DNA of 53,950 nucleotides, counting the filler, from Catajapyx aquilonaris (taxonomy: Eukaryota): assembly GCA_000934665.2 (NCBI GenBank). It is 3 parts of 3 records of this genome, joined end to end, with 100 filler letters (N's around TTAATTAATTAA, not from the genome) between each part and the next. Parts side by side here need not be neighbours in the genome. Positions count along the whole stretch, not along the records: positions 18,042 to 35,965 come from JYFJ02006824.1; positions 36,066 to 53,950 come from KZ539600.1; 1 more part is not named here. One strand, given 5' to 3'. The translations under genes and the position numbers were made by a program. Positions 25,487 through 37,651 of this stretch are shown here, piece by piece (positions within the stretch are counted from its first letter, which is position 1; every line of letters starts with the position of its first letter). The notes below the pieces were generated by a model. The model saw only the letters and a list, made by a program, of their open reading frames with translations, was not told where the DNA came from and made no database searches.

Positions 25487-26379
25487 GGGTGGGAGAAAGG
25501 TTCCGGCTCTTATGGAGGTTGACATGTTAAATGTCGGGCCTAATAACTCCGTAATTACTGAACAGAATGACATGAAATTTTTGACACAACACGACACAAC
25601 AACCCTTGTCACGGCTATTTTGAGCGAAACCTGTTTTAGGGATTCAGTTAATTATGAAAACCACGAAACTGAGAGGAATTTGAAGGCATGTGAGGAAATA
25701 ATGTCCTGTGAAGAATATAAGGACCAAATGAGCAAAATCGCTCAACACACCAGTGATGTAGAATGCTGTGACGAATGGGGGAAAAAATAATCATGTCCTT
25801 TAGTGCAGTGTCAACAGAGTCATTAGAAGATAACCCCGCTCATGGAGATGCACATTTTCGGACATGTTAGCGTTTGGCATTATCACGTCATGCAGACTGA
25901 ACCAATTGACATGCAAATTTGCATATGGCACTGGATAGGTTCCTTCATCCATGTGCAAATTTGCATGTCAATTGGTTCAGTCTGCATGACGTGATGATGC
26001 CAAACGCTAACGTGTCCGAACATGTGCATCTCCATGAGCGGGGTTATCTTCTAATGACTCTGTTGACACTGCACTAAAGGACATGATTATTTTTTTCTCA
26101 TTCGTCACAGCATTCTACATCACTGGTGTGTTGAGCGATTTTGCTCATTTGGTCCTTATATTCTTCACGGGACATTATTTCCTCACATGCCTTCAAATTC
26201 CTCTCAGTTTCGTGGTTTTCATAATTAACTGAACCCCTAAAACAGGTTTCGCTCAACATAGCCGTGACAAGGGTTGTTGTGTCAAAAATTTCATGTCATT
26301 CTGTTCAGTAATTACGGAGTTATTAGGCCCGACATTTAACATGTCAACCTCCATAAGCGCGGGGACCTTTATCCCACCC
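25487..26379. mobile_element. ~890-bp near-perfect foldback element flanked by TTAA (Kolobok-like, GG termini)
   Basis: Arms 25487-~25928 and ~25949-26379 are reverse complements with scattered substitutions and one short indel; TTAA at 25483-25486 and 26380-26383. Confidence 0.9.
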
Positions 26380-26879
26380 TTAAGAGTGTAAGTTTTGATC
26401 CAAAGCACATAGAATCATGTACAATGGCACTTTTTCGGATTTATCGACCACGAGGATTCAGAATCTGACATTGGTTTGGCGTTACGACTTCATTCTGACC
26501 CTGAAATCCAAGATGAGCCATTATCGAAACATAGTGGGCTCTGGGCGTATGGGAGGCTCTCCGCGTTTAATTGTTCTGAACGGTATTATGACCTGCACCT
26601 GACAACCAAAGTAACTCTTCTTACCCTCCTAAATTTCGATTTTTTTGGGATTTTCTAATTCTGCTTGGCTATAGTGTTAAGAAAACATCACCTCCGCTGC
26701 TAATTTCCACGTTAGCAGGGTGAAAATACAGCCAAAATGTGATGTTCCGAAGCCACAACACCTGCATCCGGTCACGAGTCGCCGGTCCCGGTTGCCCGGT
26801 CGCGGTCGCCTTTCACCGCGTCTGTAGCGCTCTCCGGTGTCGCGAAGGAGAAGGGTCATCTCGCACGCTTTGAAGTCGA

Positions 26880-27630
26880 AGGCGATTATAATAATGGAGA
26901 ACCTTGCCGCTGGCTGGAGACTGACCACATAAGCCACTCATCCCCTTGCTATCAACTAAGTATCTCAGTGACCTGACGCCGAGGTTACAGCGCATGCGTA
27001 TACGACTGATGCGGTACGACTTCATCATAAACCATATCCCTGGGAAGGATCTGGTTGAAGCAGATACGCTGAGTAGAGCTCCTCTGAAGGGACCAAAGGA
27101 AGGGACAGAAGAGCTGGAATAGGAGGTAACCTCTTATATTTCCATGTGTATGACAGGATTCCCGGCAACCGATTCCAAATTACAAGAGATAAGGGAAGCC
27201 CAACAAGCAGATCTGACATGTCAGAATCTGATTCAGTACGTCAATCACGGGATGACCGGAGGAAAAACGGAAAGTCGACCCAGATCCAGCAACATTCTGG
27301 TCAGTAAGTAAGGAGTTGACTGTGGTGAGTGGTCTCCTGGTCCAAGTTGATAAAATCGTCATACCCGCGTCCATGAAAAGGGGAGTGATGGAAAGCATAC
27401 ACATGGGCCACCTGGGTATTACCAAGTGCAGAGAGAGAGCTCGTGCGGCAGTTTGGTGGCCAGCAGGTTTGTCAAAACAGATCGAGGATCTTGTTATTGC
27501 ATGTCCTACTTGCACAGAACATAGGGCACAAAGAAAAGAACCCTAAATCTGCATGGAGTTCTCTGAGTCAAGACCATGGGAGAAGGCGGCGGCTGATTTG
27601 TACACCGCCCATGGTGCAACCAACATAATG
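26880..27630 (+). mobile_element. Ty3/Gypsy LTR retrotransposon pol fragment (RNase H end plus integrase zinc finger), degenerate
   Basis: LETDH/PLIPLL..LTPRLQRMRIRLMRYDFIINHIPGKDLVEADTLSRAP, then IHMGHLGITKCRERARAAVWWP..IACPTC, then RPWEKAAADL. Contains stops and frameshifts. Confidence 0.92.
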
Positions 27631-27831
27631 TCAGCAGAAAACAGCAGAAACAATATCCGTCACAAGAGATGAGTCATTTCTCGATACACTGTATAGGTGA
27701 GTGTCAGTTTTAGAGCCTGTTTACTTCACTCATGTGCGTCATCGGCTGGTGAGAAGACGTTTTATTTAATTCTGGCTTCCCAAACAAAATCCTCTAAATA
27801 AGACACTGGTAGGAAGAGTGGGCTTCATTAA

Positions 27832-28642
27832 GGGGGGCACTACAGTCAAAATCAAGGGGTTTGTATAAAAAAATCACAAAAAAAAAACCATTCGAGACAT
27901 GAAATTGGGACTTCATTTTCATGAATGTACATAAGTCAAAGACCTATTAGCGCCAATAATCGAATCACGTTCGTGTGTCGAAGGGCCTCCAGGGCCACGT
28001 GACGTCACGCCACTGTCGACACGATTTAGGACGCTGGAGTCAACCTACAACCGTCAGATTGGACCTCAGGCTTCCTTGAGCATGTAGTTTTCATTTGACC
28101 TAGATTTATAATTTTTGAAATCGTTGTAGTATTTTTTTGACGATTTCAGAAAGATAACTACAGTTTTGAAAAACATTTGATTAAAGTAAAAATAGAAGTA
28201 GTTCGAGCAGGCTAATTCTTTTAGGCCGAATGATAGCGTCATGTTTGAGGATAAATCTGGTGGGAAGTCCGTAGCTAAATTTTTGTGGCCTGGGCGATGT
28301 CGACAGTGTCCAAATCCGGCAAACTCTAACGTAACAGAACGATAATGCGATTCAAAAAATACGTTAGTGTCACACAGACGCTCTGTTATTGCCAGCAGGA
28401 CCGGCGAAGTGCCTCCGCGTCCGCGCGGGAGCAGCACCTAATGGCGCTCATGCCAGCGGGTAGGTGGGGAGAGGAGGGGGAACCGAAAGTCGTTTCCAGG
28501 CAAGGTTGCCAGGCGTCCGCTCCCGACGCGCCAATTTTTTGAATTTAGGTACGCGGTTTGCCGTGTTCGACGCAAGAAAAGAAGCTTGATTTTTTTCACA
28601 AAAAAAATCGAATTTTTGAAGGGAGATGACTGTAGTGCCCCC
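27832..28642. mobile_element. TTAA-flanked MITE (Kolobok-like)
   Basis: TTAA-GGGGGGCACTACAGTC ... GACTGTAGTGCCCCC-TTAA. Confidence 0.82.
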
Positions 28643-28646
28643 TTAA

Positions 28647-29276
28647 AGGGACACTCCACTCAATATACAAGTTGGCCCCCCAAAATCGGGAAAAAAATCC
28701 TGATTCCGAATGTGCAATCGGTTTTTTTCTACGCCCAACGGTAACACGGAAAATCATATATCTACACACGTCGTCTGCTAAGAAGGGCGATACAACACCA
28801 TCCCGCGGCAAACCGGAGAAGTATAGCGCGCTCAGTAAACAACTGCCGCGCCAGGCGCGCTAGGCAACACTAGCGCGCCAGCTTCGAGCGCTTTCGAGCC
28901 GAACCTGATGTGAAGGATGGCGGACCACAGAATGGTCACTTATGAGGTCTGGTCTGTTAGTGCACCCGATGTTTCGGAGGCCGGCTGTAGCTCTGACACA
29001 GGTAGAGTCCATCCCGGCGCCATCGCACCCTCGAATACGTCAGGTTTGAATTCGCGGGCAGAGCTGAGCCTGCTCCATTTCCCATTCCTGCCGACAGGCG
29101 GCGAGGGTGTCGTGAACAGTAGCATACGGTTGCAACCGTATCGCCAAAATACGCGTAATGAGCCGGTTCCGCTGGGGTCATCGTTCATCGGAAAAATTCA
29201 TTATTTGGTGTCGTTGGAATCGTATTGTTTTGCCCGATTTTTGGGGGCCAACTTGTATTTTGAGTGGAGTGTCCCT
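28647..29276. mobile_element. MITE of the AGGGACACTCCACTC-TIR family with a different interior
   Basis: TIR of ~40 bp AGGGACACTCCACTCAA.ATACAAGTTGGCCCCC at both ends. It shares the TTAA at 28643-28646 with the preceding element; right flank is TTGC. Confidence 0.85.
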
Positions 29277-29374
29277 TTGCCACAGTATCCACAGTAAATA
29301 GCTACAAAATAATACTGTATGACGATTAAATCCATGTAGTCCAAATTGTTGTCCAGCATAGACTACAATTTATA

Positions 29375-32300
29375 CCTAGTGGCCTTCATTTGTTTCGCCA
29401 CCTCCAGAAAATTGTTGGCTTGAAAGAACCTGCAGGGAGTTACCGAGGGAGGTACCGAAAGAATAAGCTTGACTGCAGTGGAAGATTAAATTTAATTGCG
29501 GTAGTTGACGTAATCCTTCCTTTCCGATGATATGGAATCCGATTTGAAATAATCTGTTAAGCCATATTCCAGAATGAATTACAATTTATTGATAACGGGG
29601 CCATGAATGAAAAATACTGTCAATGCACTAACAATGATTCCAACCATCGTAAGATAAAAAAATATGCACCGTTTTTCCCCCATGCAGAGTGACATTCACT
29701 TGCTGATCTTACTGTAGATATGATGAAGGTAATCTACGGCCATGCGCACTGCTTGTTTATCTGAAATGAGACGAAAAAATTTATGTAGTGCTATACTGCT
29801 ATACACAAATACTCTGTACACTACAGTACAAAATCTTTTGAGTGGTGCAGGAGTGAATATGTTGTTGCTTGGTTAATTGCCAATATATTGCAGAGAGTAA
29901 CAGGCTAATTTTCGAAGCCCGACTTAATCGCTATCACTTATTATGTAAGTGGCGTAAGCAAGGACCAAGTTATCCGACCCTCTTATAAAGGGTCTCTAAG
30001 TCTGGATTTTCCGACCTGAAATTTTGGCTCCTGAAACGTCCATGGGCCTCAGCAAACGACTCAGTTACAATCCCAAAAATTCATTTACTTCGGAAATAGA
30101 ACCCCCATGCCGGTATTTTTTAAATGTAATTTTGATACATGGCCATTTTGATAATAGCAGCCAGTGGTTTATTCGGCCAATGAGAGGAAGTAAAGCAGTT
30201 ATTTTGAAATGCGGCAAGTTACTTAAACTTTAAGGCTACGTGAAATCAGCCGAATATAGTTTCTTTCTAATTGAACCACCCTGAACAGTACATGTGGGCA
30301 TTCAATTTCTATTGGTCTCTTGGTGGGGTATAAGGCCTATTTTTGCAAGCCTATATTGCTCATTCTACTCACCAGGATCCCCTTCTCCAAAATGCGCAAC
30401 TTCTGCTTACAAGGCTTACACACTGCTATAAAAGTAATGGTAAACTTTAAAATTCTACTAACCTCTTTCTATCTCGCTGTTACCCTCGCCATCTGTAATG
30501 GTAATTAAAATCAACATAATTATCACAGCCAGAAATTACAATGAAGAGTGTAACCATGCTATCTAAAAGAAAACATTGCAATAATTATTACTTACCGCGA
30601 GATCCACGAGAGAGATCATGTAGTGCTGTAAAAATAGGGAAAATATAATTGTACATTCTAGATGGTTTCTAGGCACTATCCAATTCAGTAAATTTATATT
30701 CTTACACATGGTTACTCCAAAAACGGGGTCCCCTTGCATCTCAGGGTTTTCACGATCATCTGTAATAATATAATGTAAACATTAGGAATGAGCATGAGAT
30801 CGGCAAGACACAATCTTGATATTGAAAAATCTCTATAATATTAAACCTCACAGAGTGATGTATCTACTAGCATAGTTTCTATAGTTTAAGATGGGTAGAA
30901 AGGAAGAACAAGGTTATGGATTCTTCGCCATAACAACCAATTGAAAGAGAAGAATTCAATTATTACATTCCATTCACGTGGTGAATCTTAGCTTCTCTTC
31001 AAACTGGGCGCTGGAGTGGATATTCCATAACTTTTTCATACCCCATCTGAACTGGGGAGTTGAACAGTGAACCATCTTGTATAATATTATGTGCACACAC
31101 TATGCCTAAAAATCACTGTGTTTTCTGTGATGCCCTGCACATAGTAATTAAAGGATCATTCATATAATTATACGCGACTATATAGGAACACAAATCAAGC
31201 GAATTTCAGATAGTGTTAGAGCCAGAGAGAATCGAGTTCCCTGCCTTCTTGTAAAGTGAAGCTATTATCACAAAATTTTGAATTTTGTCCCTGAGATAAT
31301 ACTTCAGAACTTTCAAGAGAGTCTCAAACAATTATTACAAATTACAATGTCTTAAAACGGACAGGAATTGCAATTGATTGGCACATTGCATTGACGGAAA
31401 TCGAATTGAATGCCAATATTGAACTGAATTGAGGGGATTTGACTTGAATTGTAAATTGAATGGAATGGGAACGAACGGGAGGAAATAACAGATTTAGTCG
31501 AATTATGAAGAATTTTAACCCTTAACTACGTAGGTGGGCGAAACACCTTTAACTACGTAAGTGGAGCCTGAGAGGCTCCAACGATATATTTAAATTTCTG
31601 CTTATCAACTAAATTATTATATTAGACTTTTCACATACAGAAAGTGCAGTTCAGATCATTAGGCTTCCGACAACGTAAAAATCACACGCTGAGTCAGCAT
31701 ATTCCGACAGGGAAAAATTCTTAATGAAAAGGTTACATCATGCTTGAGCCGCTCAGGCTTCACCTACGAGATATACCTAGAGCCTGAGCGGTTCCAGGAG
31801 GGACCTGTTCCTCGTTACGAATATTTTTAAAAACCAAAGAATAGGGAGCAAAATTTTTTTTCTTTCCTTTTCATGCTTAGGAAGATTTTTCTGACAAAGT
31901 CACGGAAGGACAGGGGAAAATAAAATTCAATGAAAAAGTTACATGCGTTTAAATAGTGCTTGGAGCATCTCAGGCTCCACCTACGTAGTTATGGTTGAAT
32001 TGAATAAGATGTGAGTGCCCCATGAATTAATTTTTTAATAATGAATTGTGCCCACCCTTGCAAGAGACTAAACAGACGTGTATAACTGTATACTCCCATG
32101 CCTCTCATTTCTAATCTCATGTACTGTACTACGTCTGTATTGTAACGGTACGTCGGGGATTGGTGGGAATAACGTACAAGGGTGGGCTAATAACTAGTAT
32201 ATTACAATATGATACATAAATACAGTGAGAGGGAGTAGGAAGGAAGAAAGGAAGGAAAGGACCTGCATCAGGCAAAGGATGGGGTGGTGAAAAGAGGGCG

Positions 32301-32611
32301 AGCCCACCAGTCCAACTCCTACTTATGGAGTACTTCACTGTGGGGGTCAAGGTAGGGAGGGTTGGAAGAAGGGTAGCAAGAAGGACGCGGGTTCATGACC
32401 CGATAAGTCTATGGAGGAGAGGAGAGAGTGAGCTGGACAGGAAGGGACTAATTAGCAGGAGGGGGAAGGTGGGTGGTGAGAAAGGACCGGTATACACGCA
32501 GTGAATGACGATGTGGAGAGACCTTCGCACACAACGAGACTATGTGGAACCAGCAGTCCTTGCAACAGGGCTGAACTTACCGATGGCCGATATAGTTATG
32601 TAGTATACGCC
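29375..32611 (-). CDS. Candidate downstream micro-exons of the repeat-protein gene
   Basis: AG/GT-bounded short segments: 32611-32581 (GRILHNYIGH), ~30759-30706 (DRENPEMQGDPVFGVTM), ~30625-30596 (SLHDLSRGSR), ~30426-30373 (AVCKPCKQKLRILEKGIL), ~29760-29713 and ~29429-29376. The three middle ones join in phase; the full chain is not resolved. Confidence 0.35.
31365..32061. mobile_element. hAT-like MITE remnant with AATTG repeats, interrupted by a piggyBac-like insertion
   Basis: Dense (G)AATTG repeats at 31365-31505 and 31997-32050, ending in AATTGTGCCCACCCTTG. Confidence 0.45.
31519..31995. mobile_element. piggyBac-like MITE
   Basis: TTAA-CCCTTAACTACGTAGGTGG ... CCACCTACGTAGTTATGGT-TGAA (degenerate right end); internal GAGCCTGAG/CTCAGGCT repeats. 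Confidence 0.7.
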
Positions 32612-32759
32612 CTGTGGACAAAATTCCCCTTCGAGCAATGGATTCATGGTCTCATCCCCGATTCATGACGTAAGAAAAAAAAAAAATCGAAAAATCAAAG
32701 TATGCCTATGAAGATCAGTCGAAAATGGTTTGTTCACGCCTTTAAAATCCCAAGTGCAT

Positions 32760-34241
32760 CTAATTCGGTAGGGAAGAAATAAATGTGGAGTAGTTACCTT
32801 TAGTGCCTGTCTTCGGCAAACCCTTGGCCTTCTTCTTTGACGATTGAGCCCTCGCCTTAGTAGACGACTTTGGAAGTCGGGAATCATCACTGGCCTTCTT
32901 CCTCGGAGATTCGACCTTCACAGATGACTCTATAAGTCCTAAAAACTGCTGCATACTCTCGGCCTTCTCCTTTGCCCATTGGGCTTCAGCCTCCTTAGAT
33001 GACTCTAGATGTATAATATCGGCGTTATCCGACAAAATAGCGGCCATCTTTTTTTGAAATTCGGTCTCAGTAGGTGATTCTCTAAGAATGTTGATCTGGA
33101 TACCCTTGGCCTTCTTCTTACCCTTATCCTCAGTAGACGACTTTGGACGTCGGGAATCGACGATCTCCGGCGTACCACTAGCCAGCACCTTCTTTGAAGA
33201 TTCGGCTTCAGTAGGGGACTCTGTAAGTTGGTTGATATTCTGCATACCATTGGCCTTCTTCTTTGGTGATTCTGCCTTAGTCACTGTAGGCGACTCCGTT
33301 TGTGGAAAATTGATGATCTCCGGCATAACACCAGCGCTCTTCTTTGACGATTGGGCATTCGCCTTAGTAGACGACGAAGGAAGTCGGGATTCACCACGTG
33401 TCCTCTTCCTTAGAAAGTCGGCCTTCATAGATGACTCTATAAGTCCGAAAATCTGCTGCATACTCTCGGCCTTCTCCGTTGCCCATTGGGGTTCAGCCTC
33501 ATTAGATGACTGTAGATTTATAATACCGGCGTTATCCGACAAAAGAGTGGCCTTCTTCTTTGGAAATTCGGTCTCAGTAGGAGATTCTCTAAGAATGTTG
33601 ATCTGCATACCCTTGGCCTTCTTCTTGCCCTTATCCTCAGTAGACGACTTTGGACGTCGGGAATCGACGGTCTCCGGCGTATCGGCCTTCTCCGTTGCCC
33701 ATTGGGCATTCGCCTTAGTAGACGACGAAGGAAGTCGGGAATCACCACGGGTGCTCTTCCTGAGAGAGTCGACCTTCATAGATGACTCTATAAGTCGGAT
33801 AATCTCCTGCATACCCTTGGCCTTCTTCTTTGACCATTTGGTCTGAGCCATAGTGTCTGGACGTCGGAAATCGACGACCTTCCTATTTGGAAATTCTGCC
33901 TTAGCCTCTGCAGGCGCATCTGTAGGTTGGTTGATCTCCTGGATACTCTTGGCCTTCTTCTTTGACAATTGGGCCTTACCATTAGCAGACGACTTTGGAG
34001 GTCGGAAATCGACGATCTCCGGCATACAACTAGCCTTCTCCTTTGCAGATTCGGCCTTAGCAGGCTCTGTAAGTTGGTTGATCTCCTTCATACCCTTGGA
34101 CTTCTTCTTTGCCCAATAGGGTCCCTTAACAGAAGGCTTTCGACGTCGGGAATCGAGGATCTTAGGCGTCACATTGTCCTGCTCCTCTGGTGGTTCTGCA
34201 TTGGCCTCTGGAGGCAACTCTGTAAGTCGAGAATAAAACAT
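32760..34241 (-). CDS. Large exon encoding a K/S/E-rich internally repetitive protein of unknown function
   Basis: 493-codon uninterrupted ORF with recurring KKKAKGMQ.I, DSRRPKSST and LIESS units. A ~260-bp block is repeated 507 bp (169 codons) apart in frame. Donor AAAG|GTAACT at 32798. Confidence 0.75.
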   Translation of the reverse strand: MFYSRLTELPPEANAEPPEEQDNVTPKILDSRRRKPSVKGPYWAKKKSKGMKEINQLTEPAKAESAKEKASCMPEIVDFRPPKSSANGKAQLSKKKAKSIQEINQPTDAPAEAKAEFPNRKVVDFRRPDTMAQTKWSKKKAKGMQEIIRLIESSMKVDSLRKSTRGDSRLPSSSTKANAQWATEKADTPETVDSRRPKSSTEDKGKKKAKGMQINILRESPTETEFPKKKATLLSDNAGIINLQSSNEAEPQWATEKAESMQQIFGLIESSMKADFLRKRTRGESRLPSSSTKANAQSSKKSAGVMPEIINFPQTESPTVTKAESPKKKANGMQNINQLTESPTEAESSKKVLASGTPEIVDSRRPKSSTEDKGKKKAKGIQINILRESPTETEFQKKMAAILSDNADIIHLESSKEAEAQWAKEKAESMQQFLGLIESSVKVESPRKKASDDSRLPKSSTKARAQSSKKKAKGLPKTGTKGNYSTFISSLPN

Positions 34242-34640
34242 GTGCTAGGCGACTTGCTTCTCAGTGGATACTTGGAAGTCAAAATGTTACACTCTTCATT
34301 TTCTGTAAAATGTGCCCGAGCGGAAAGAAAGCGCAAGGGAAAGAAAAAGCTCCAGCTGGGAATAGACCGGCATGTTATGCCTTCAATGCCTTCAATACTG
34401 TAGTAGTCTACCAGTAATTAATGTAATAGCTTTTCAATGTATAGGTGACGGTGTGAAACTAACTGTAAGCCAAGTGTTGCATTATCAAAAGCTTGAAAAG
34501 GTGTGTATGTTAGACCAAAATAATTATTGAGACGACAAAATTGTTATGTTCCAAAGAGTGGCTAAGCTGAGGAGAGAGTGTGAGATTACAGGGTGAGGAA
34601 AAAAACGGCAGGAGTATAGGGAAGAGGTAAGCAGCTAGAG

Positions 34641-35149
34641 CAGGCTGGGGTATTCAACTAGTTTATGACAAGGTCCAGTATTTACCTTTCCTGGGCCATT
34701 GAAGGTCCGGACCACCCCCCTCTCCCCGGGTAAATATATAATTTTATAATATATATTCTATATGGTACCACAGGGTTCATAATATTCGAAAATAGAAACA
34801 TGTGCAGCAAGGGTAGAAGGGCCTATCAAGACATATTAATACATTTTCGCCCTTTATGATGTCCTGTACAGGCGCGTATAGGCAGAAGAATTTCTGAGGG
34901 GGGGGGGGGGCATTTCGTATGTATATATNGGGTTTGGGGGGTTCAAGGTCACACGAGCTTAGGTGAATGTGGGAGATTTGAATGGGTGTGTATTTGATGA
35001 AATTGGTAGCACGTTTTCCAAAAAAGTCATGAATTAGTAATTTATCATGCTATTTCAAACTGTCCTGTATACGAGCGTATTGTTGCGGTCCGGACAAAAT
35101 TGCGCCGCGGTCCGGATACGGACCGCGGTCCGCCAGTTGAATAGCCCTG
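34641..35149. mobile_element. hAT-like MITE
   Basis: CAGG..GGTATTCAACT ... AGTTGAATAGCCCTG with CTAGAG on both flanks (partial TSD). Confidence 0.6.
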
Positions 35150-35965
35150 CTAGAGCCACCTTTTATTTCTAAAACATATATTGTACAGTAAATCTGCACA
35201 GTGTATGCCTCAAAATTTCCATTTAAATATTTTCCACATACTCTGCGATGCCTCAAATCCGGCAAAAATACGCTTCCAAAGTATTTTCCTTTTTCAAAAA
35301 ACCCATCTTGGCTCGATCTTCTTTCGAAAGTTTTTGATTGAACCGCCACCATATAACAACTTACGAGTCGGAAATAGCGTAGCGCATATGATGTGAACTG
35401 CTGGTAGCGCGTTTTATTTCTGACTCTTCATGGGTTGCAGGGGAAACCACAGAACGAAATCAGGTTTGATATTCCGAAGCCTTCAAACCCGTGCTTCAAA
35501 CGATATGAAAACCAGCCGACTCGTGAGCAGTAGAGATAAGGGATGGAACTTATCTCGTTTGGCTCTCATTCAGGAAAGGCGGAAACTATACTCCCTCTCC
35601 GATTTAGGAATTTCACCGATATGCTTTGTGAAAGTCATGTGATGTCTTAAAAACCTATATCATGTTTTAATATTTAGACAATGGCCCTTTAAGATTATAT
35701 TAATGCTTCGAAAAATCACAGTATAGTTCGATCTACATTCATTTAGGCCCTGTTTCACTGCCTCAAGCAAACATTTTCCAGCTGGAAAATGTTTCTTGGA
35801 GGCGGTGCACGTTTTGGTCTTCTCTCTTTCCTCAAAACTACCCTCATGTCACATAGATGGTTTTCTTCTTGTTTTGGTTGGTGGCACGTTTGAATTTGCC
35901 GCGCTCTCCTTAGCCCGTCCTATACTGACATCTTGTGTCATTAGTGTAAACCTCTTGCTTTTTTT

Positions 35966-36065
35966 NNNNNNNNNNNNNNNNNNNNNNNNNNNNNNNNNNN
36001 NNNNNNNNNTTAATTAATTAANNNNNNNNNNNNNNNNNNNNNNNNNNNNNNNNNNNNNNNNNNNN
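35966..36065. other. Artificial contig spacer N44-TTAATTAATTAA-N44
   Basis: Same design as 17942-18041. Confidence 0.95.
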
Positions 36066-36773
36066 GGTTATTTTTAGATGTGCCTAAGTATGTTTGAACT
36101 GGACATTACAAGGTTGCCAAATTGGAACTCTGACCATGAATTTCGCGATTTTTTCCACTGTGTAGCGTGCAGGATTAAACTTTGATCTGAGGTACATATA
36201 GTGTATTTTTTTAAACTTAGGCAGTGCCATATAAGTCGTAATGAGTGGAATTAGCTGAATCTGAGTGGATTTCAAGTAATAGCACTAATTAGGCCAAAGA
36301 GTCTAAAGTTTACTTCATTCGCTGTTGATGAGACTAAACAGGCATAATCTCCAAGTTATTTGGTATCATCAAGTAGTGCTTTATTACTCTCTAAACTCTG
36401 GCAAAGGATTCAAATATATCTGGTGCCACACAGTTTTACCTACAGAAACATAGGCCTGTTTTAATACCTTTTTTTGTCTGGCCACAGGATAAATCCATTT
36501 TTATATACTGTGTGCCACGGTATATTCTTTCCAAATCAATACTGTGACTTGTTTTCGTAGCATTTAATGTGTTTCTTTTTCCGATCGAGAACGGAATAAT
36601 TGCGATATTATGGTTGTCGACATGCCAAGTGCGACGTATATTCGTATAGACTATTAGCAAAAGTAATGAAGCTATTGGAAACGGTTTAATTTAATGGTGG
36701 ATCAGTAGGATATGTTTTCAGGATGTGATGTTTTTCAACTCCATGATTCTTGTAGTAAACCAATATTGGTTCC

Positions 36774-36827
36774 ATCAAGGTATTGTAACCTAACATTTAT
36801 ATAAATATTAGGTTACAATACCTTGAT
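36774..36827. repeat. 54-bp palindrome with one mismatch
   Basis: ATCAAGGTATTGTAACCTAACATTTAT|ATAAATATTAGGTTACAATACCTTGAT. Confidence 0.9.
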
Positions 36828-37651
36828 TGGGCGGATTAATTTTACTTCCTTTTTTGCATCTGTGAGAAATAAATCCACTAGATTTGCATGTTACCCCTAT
36901 TTTAATGCACTTAATGCGTTACTGGCATATCTACTTCACATATGGTTAAATGTGATTTTTTTTTGCTCTCTATGACCTTTGTGGGTTATGCTTTTTGTTT
37001 CCTTATCCCAAAGCAACATCTCTCCTATTTCATGCTTCAAGTCCCCAAAGGACACATGAACTCGAGACCTTTTTGTTAAAAAAATATATATATGTGCCTG
37101 TAAATCAAAGCAGATCAGTTGACCTCCCCCTCCTTCAAACTTGTTTTTTTTTTTTTCTTTCCTCCAAAGCATCTATTTGTAAGGAAATGGGAAATATCCG
37201 GGAGAGAAGCAAAGTGGAGGATTTGTATTGGTCTCGCGGGTGAGCTTAGCTCGCTCGTGTCCTACCACGGCGGGAATGATCTCTCGGAGAAGATAGATGC
37301 TTTGGGTTTTTACTTGACTACTGATGACAACAATATCTCCCACCCTCCCTCCGACCCTTTTTTTTTTGTTGTTAAAGGAGAGATGGGTGCATGGTATAGT
37401 GGGTGGTGGTGTTGGGGGCAGGGGCTTCATTTATTCCGATGGACGTTTTTCCTCCTCTCCCCCCCTTCTCTAACGGAGGAGTGCGGTATGTTGTATGAAT
37501 GTGCCTGCGGGAATAACGAATAGCCAGATGCGAAAGGAATTCGGACTCGTCGTGCATGTAGAAACCGCCAGCGGGGCCTAATTTTGGGAGATATGGCAGG
37601 TCAGGACGTGCCACGGTCTCTCAAATGGAGCCCGCCCTGCACTTGACGTCA

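Noticed and set aside
25302..25790. 162-aa ORF
   Set aside because: It runs across a TE junction into a palindrome arm, has no recognisable domain, and is likely incidental.
32100..32560. Possible 3' end of a LINE (pyrimidine-rich minus strand, WFHIVSLC motif)
   Set aside because: Too little motif evidence to call without a search.
33088..33846. 252-aa plus-strand ORF
   Set aside because: It is the antisense shadow of the repetitive minus-strand ORF.
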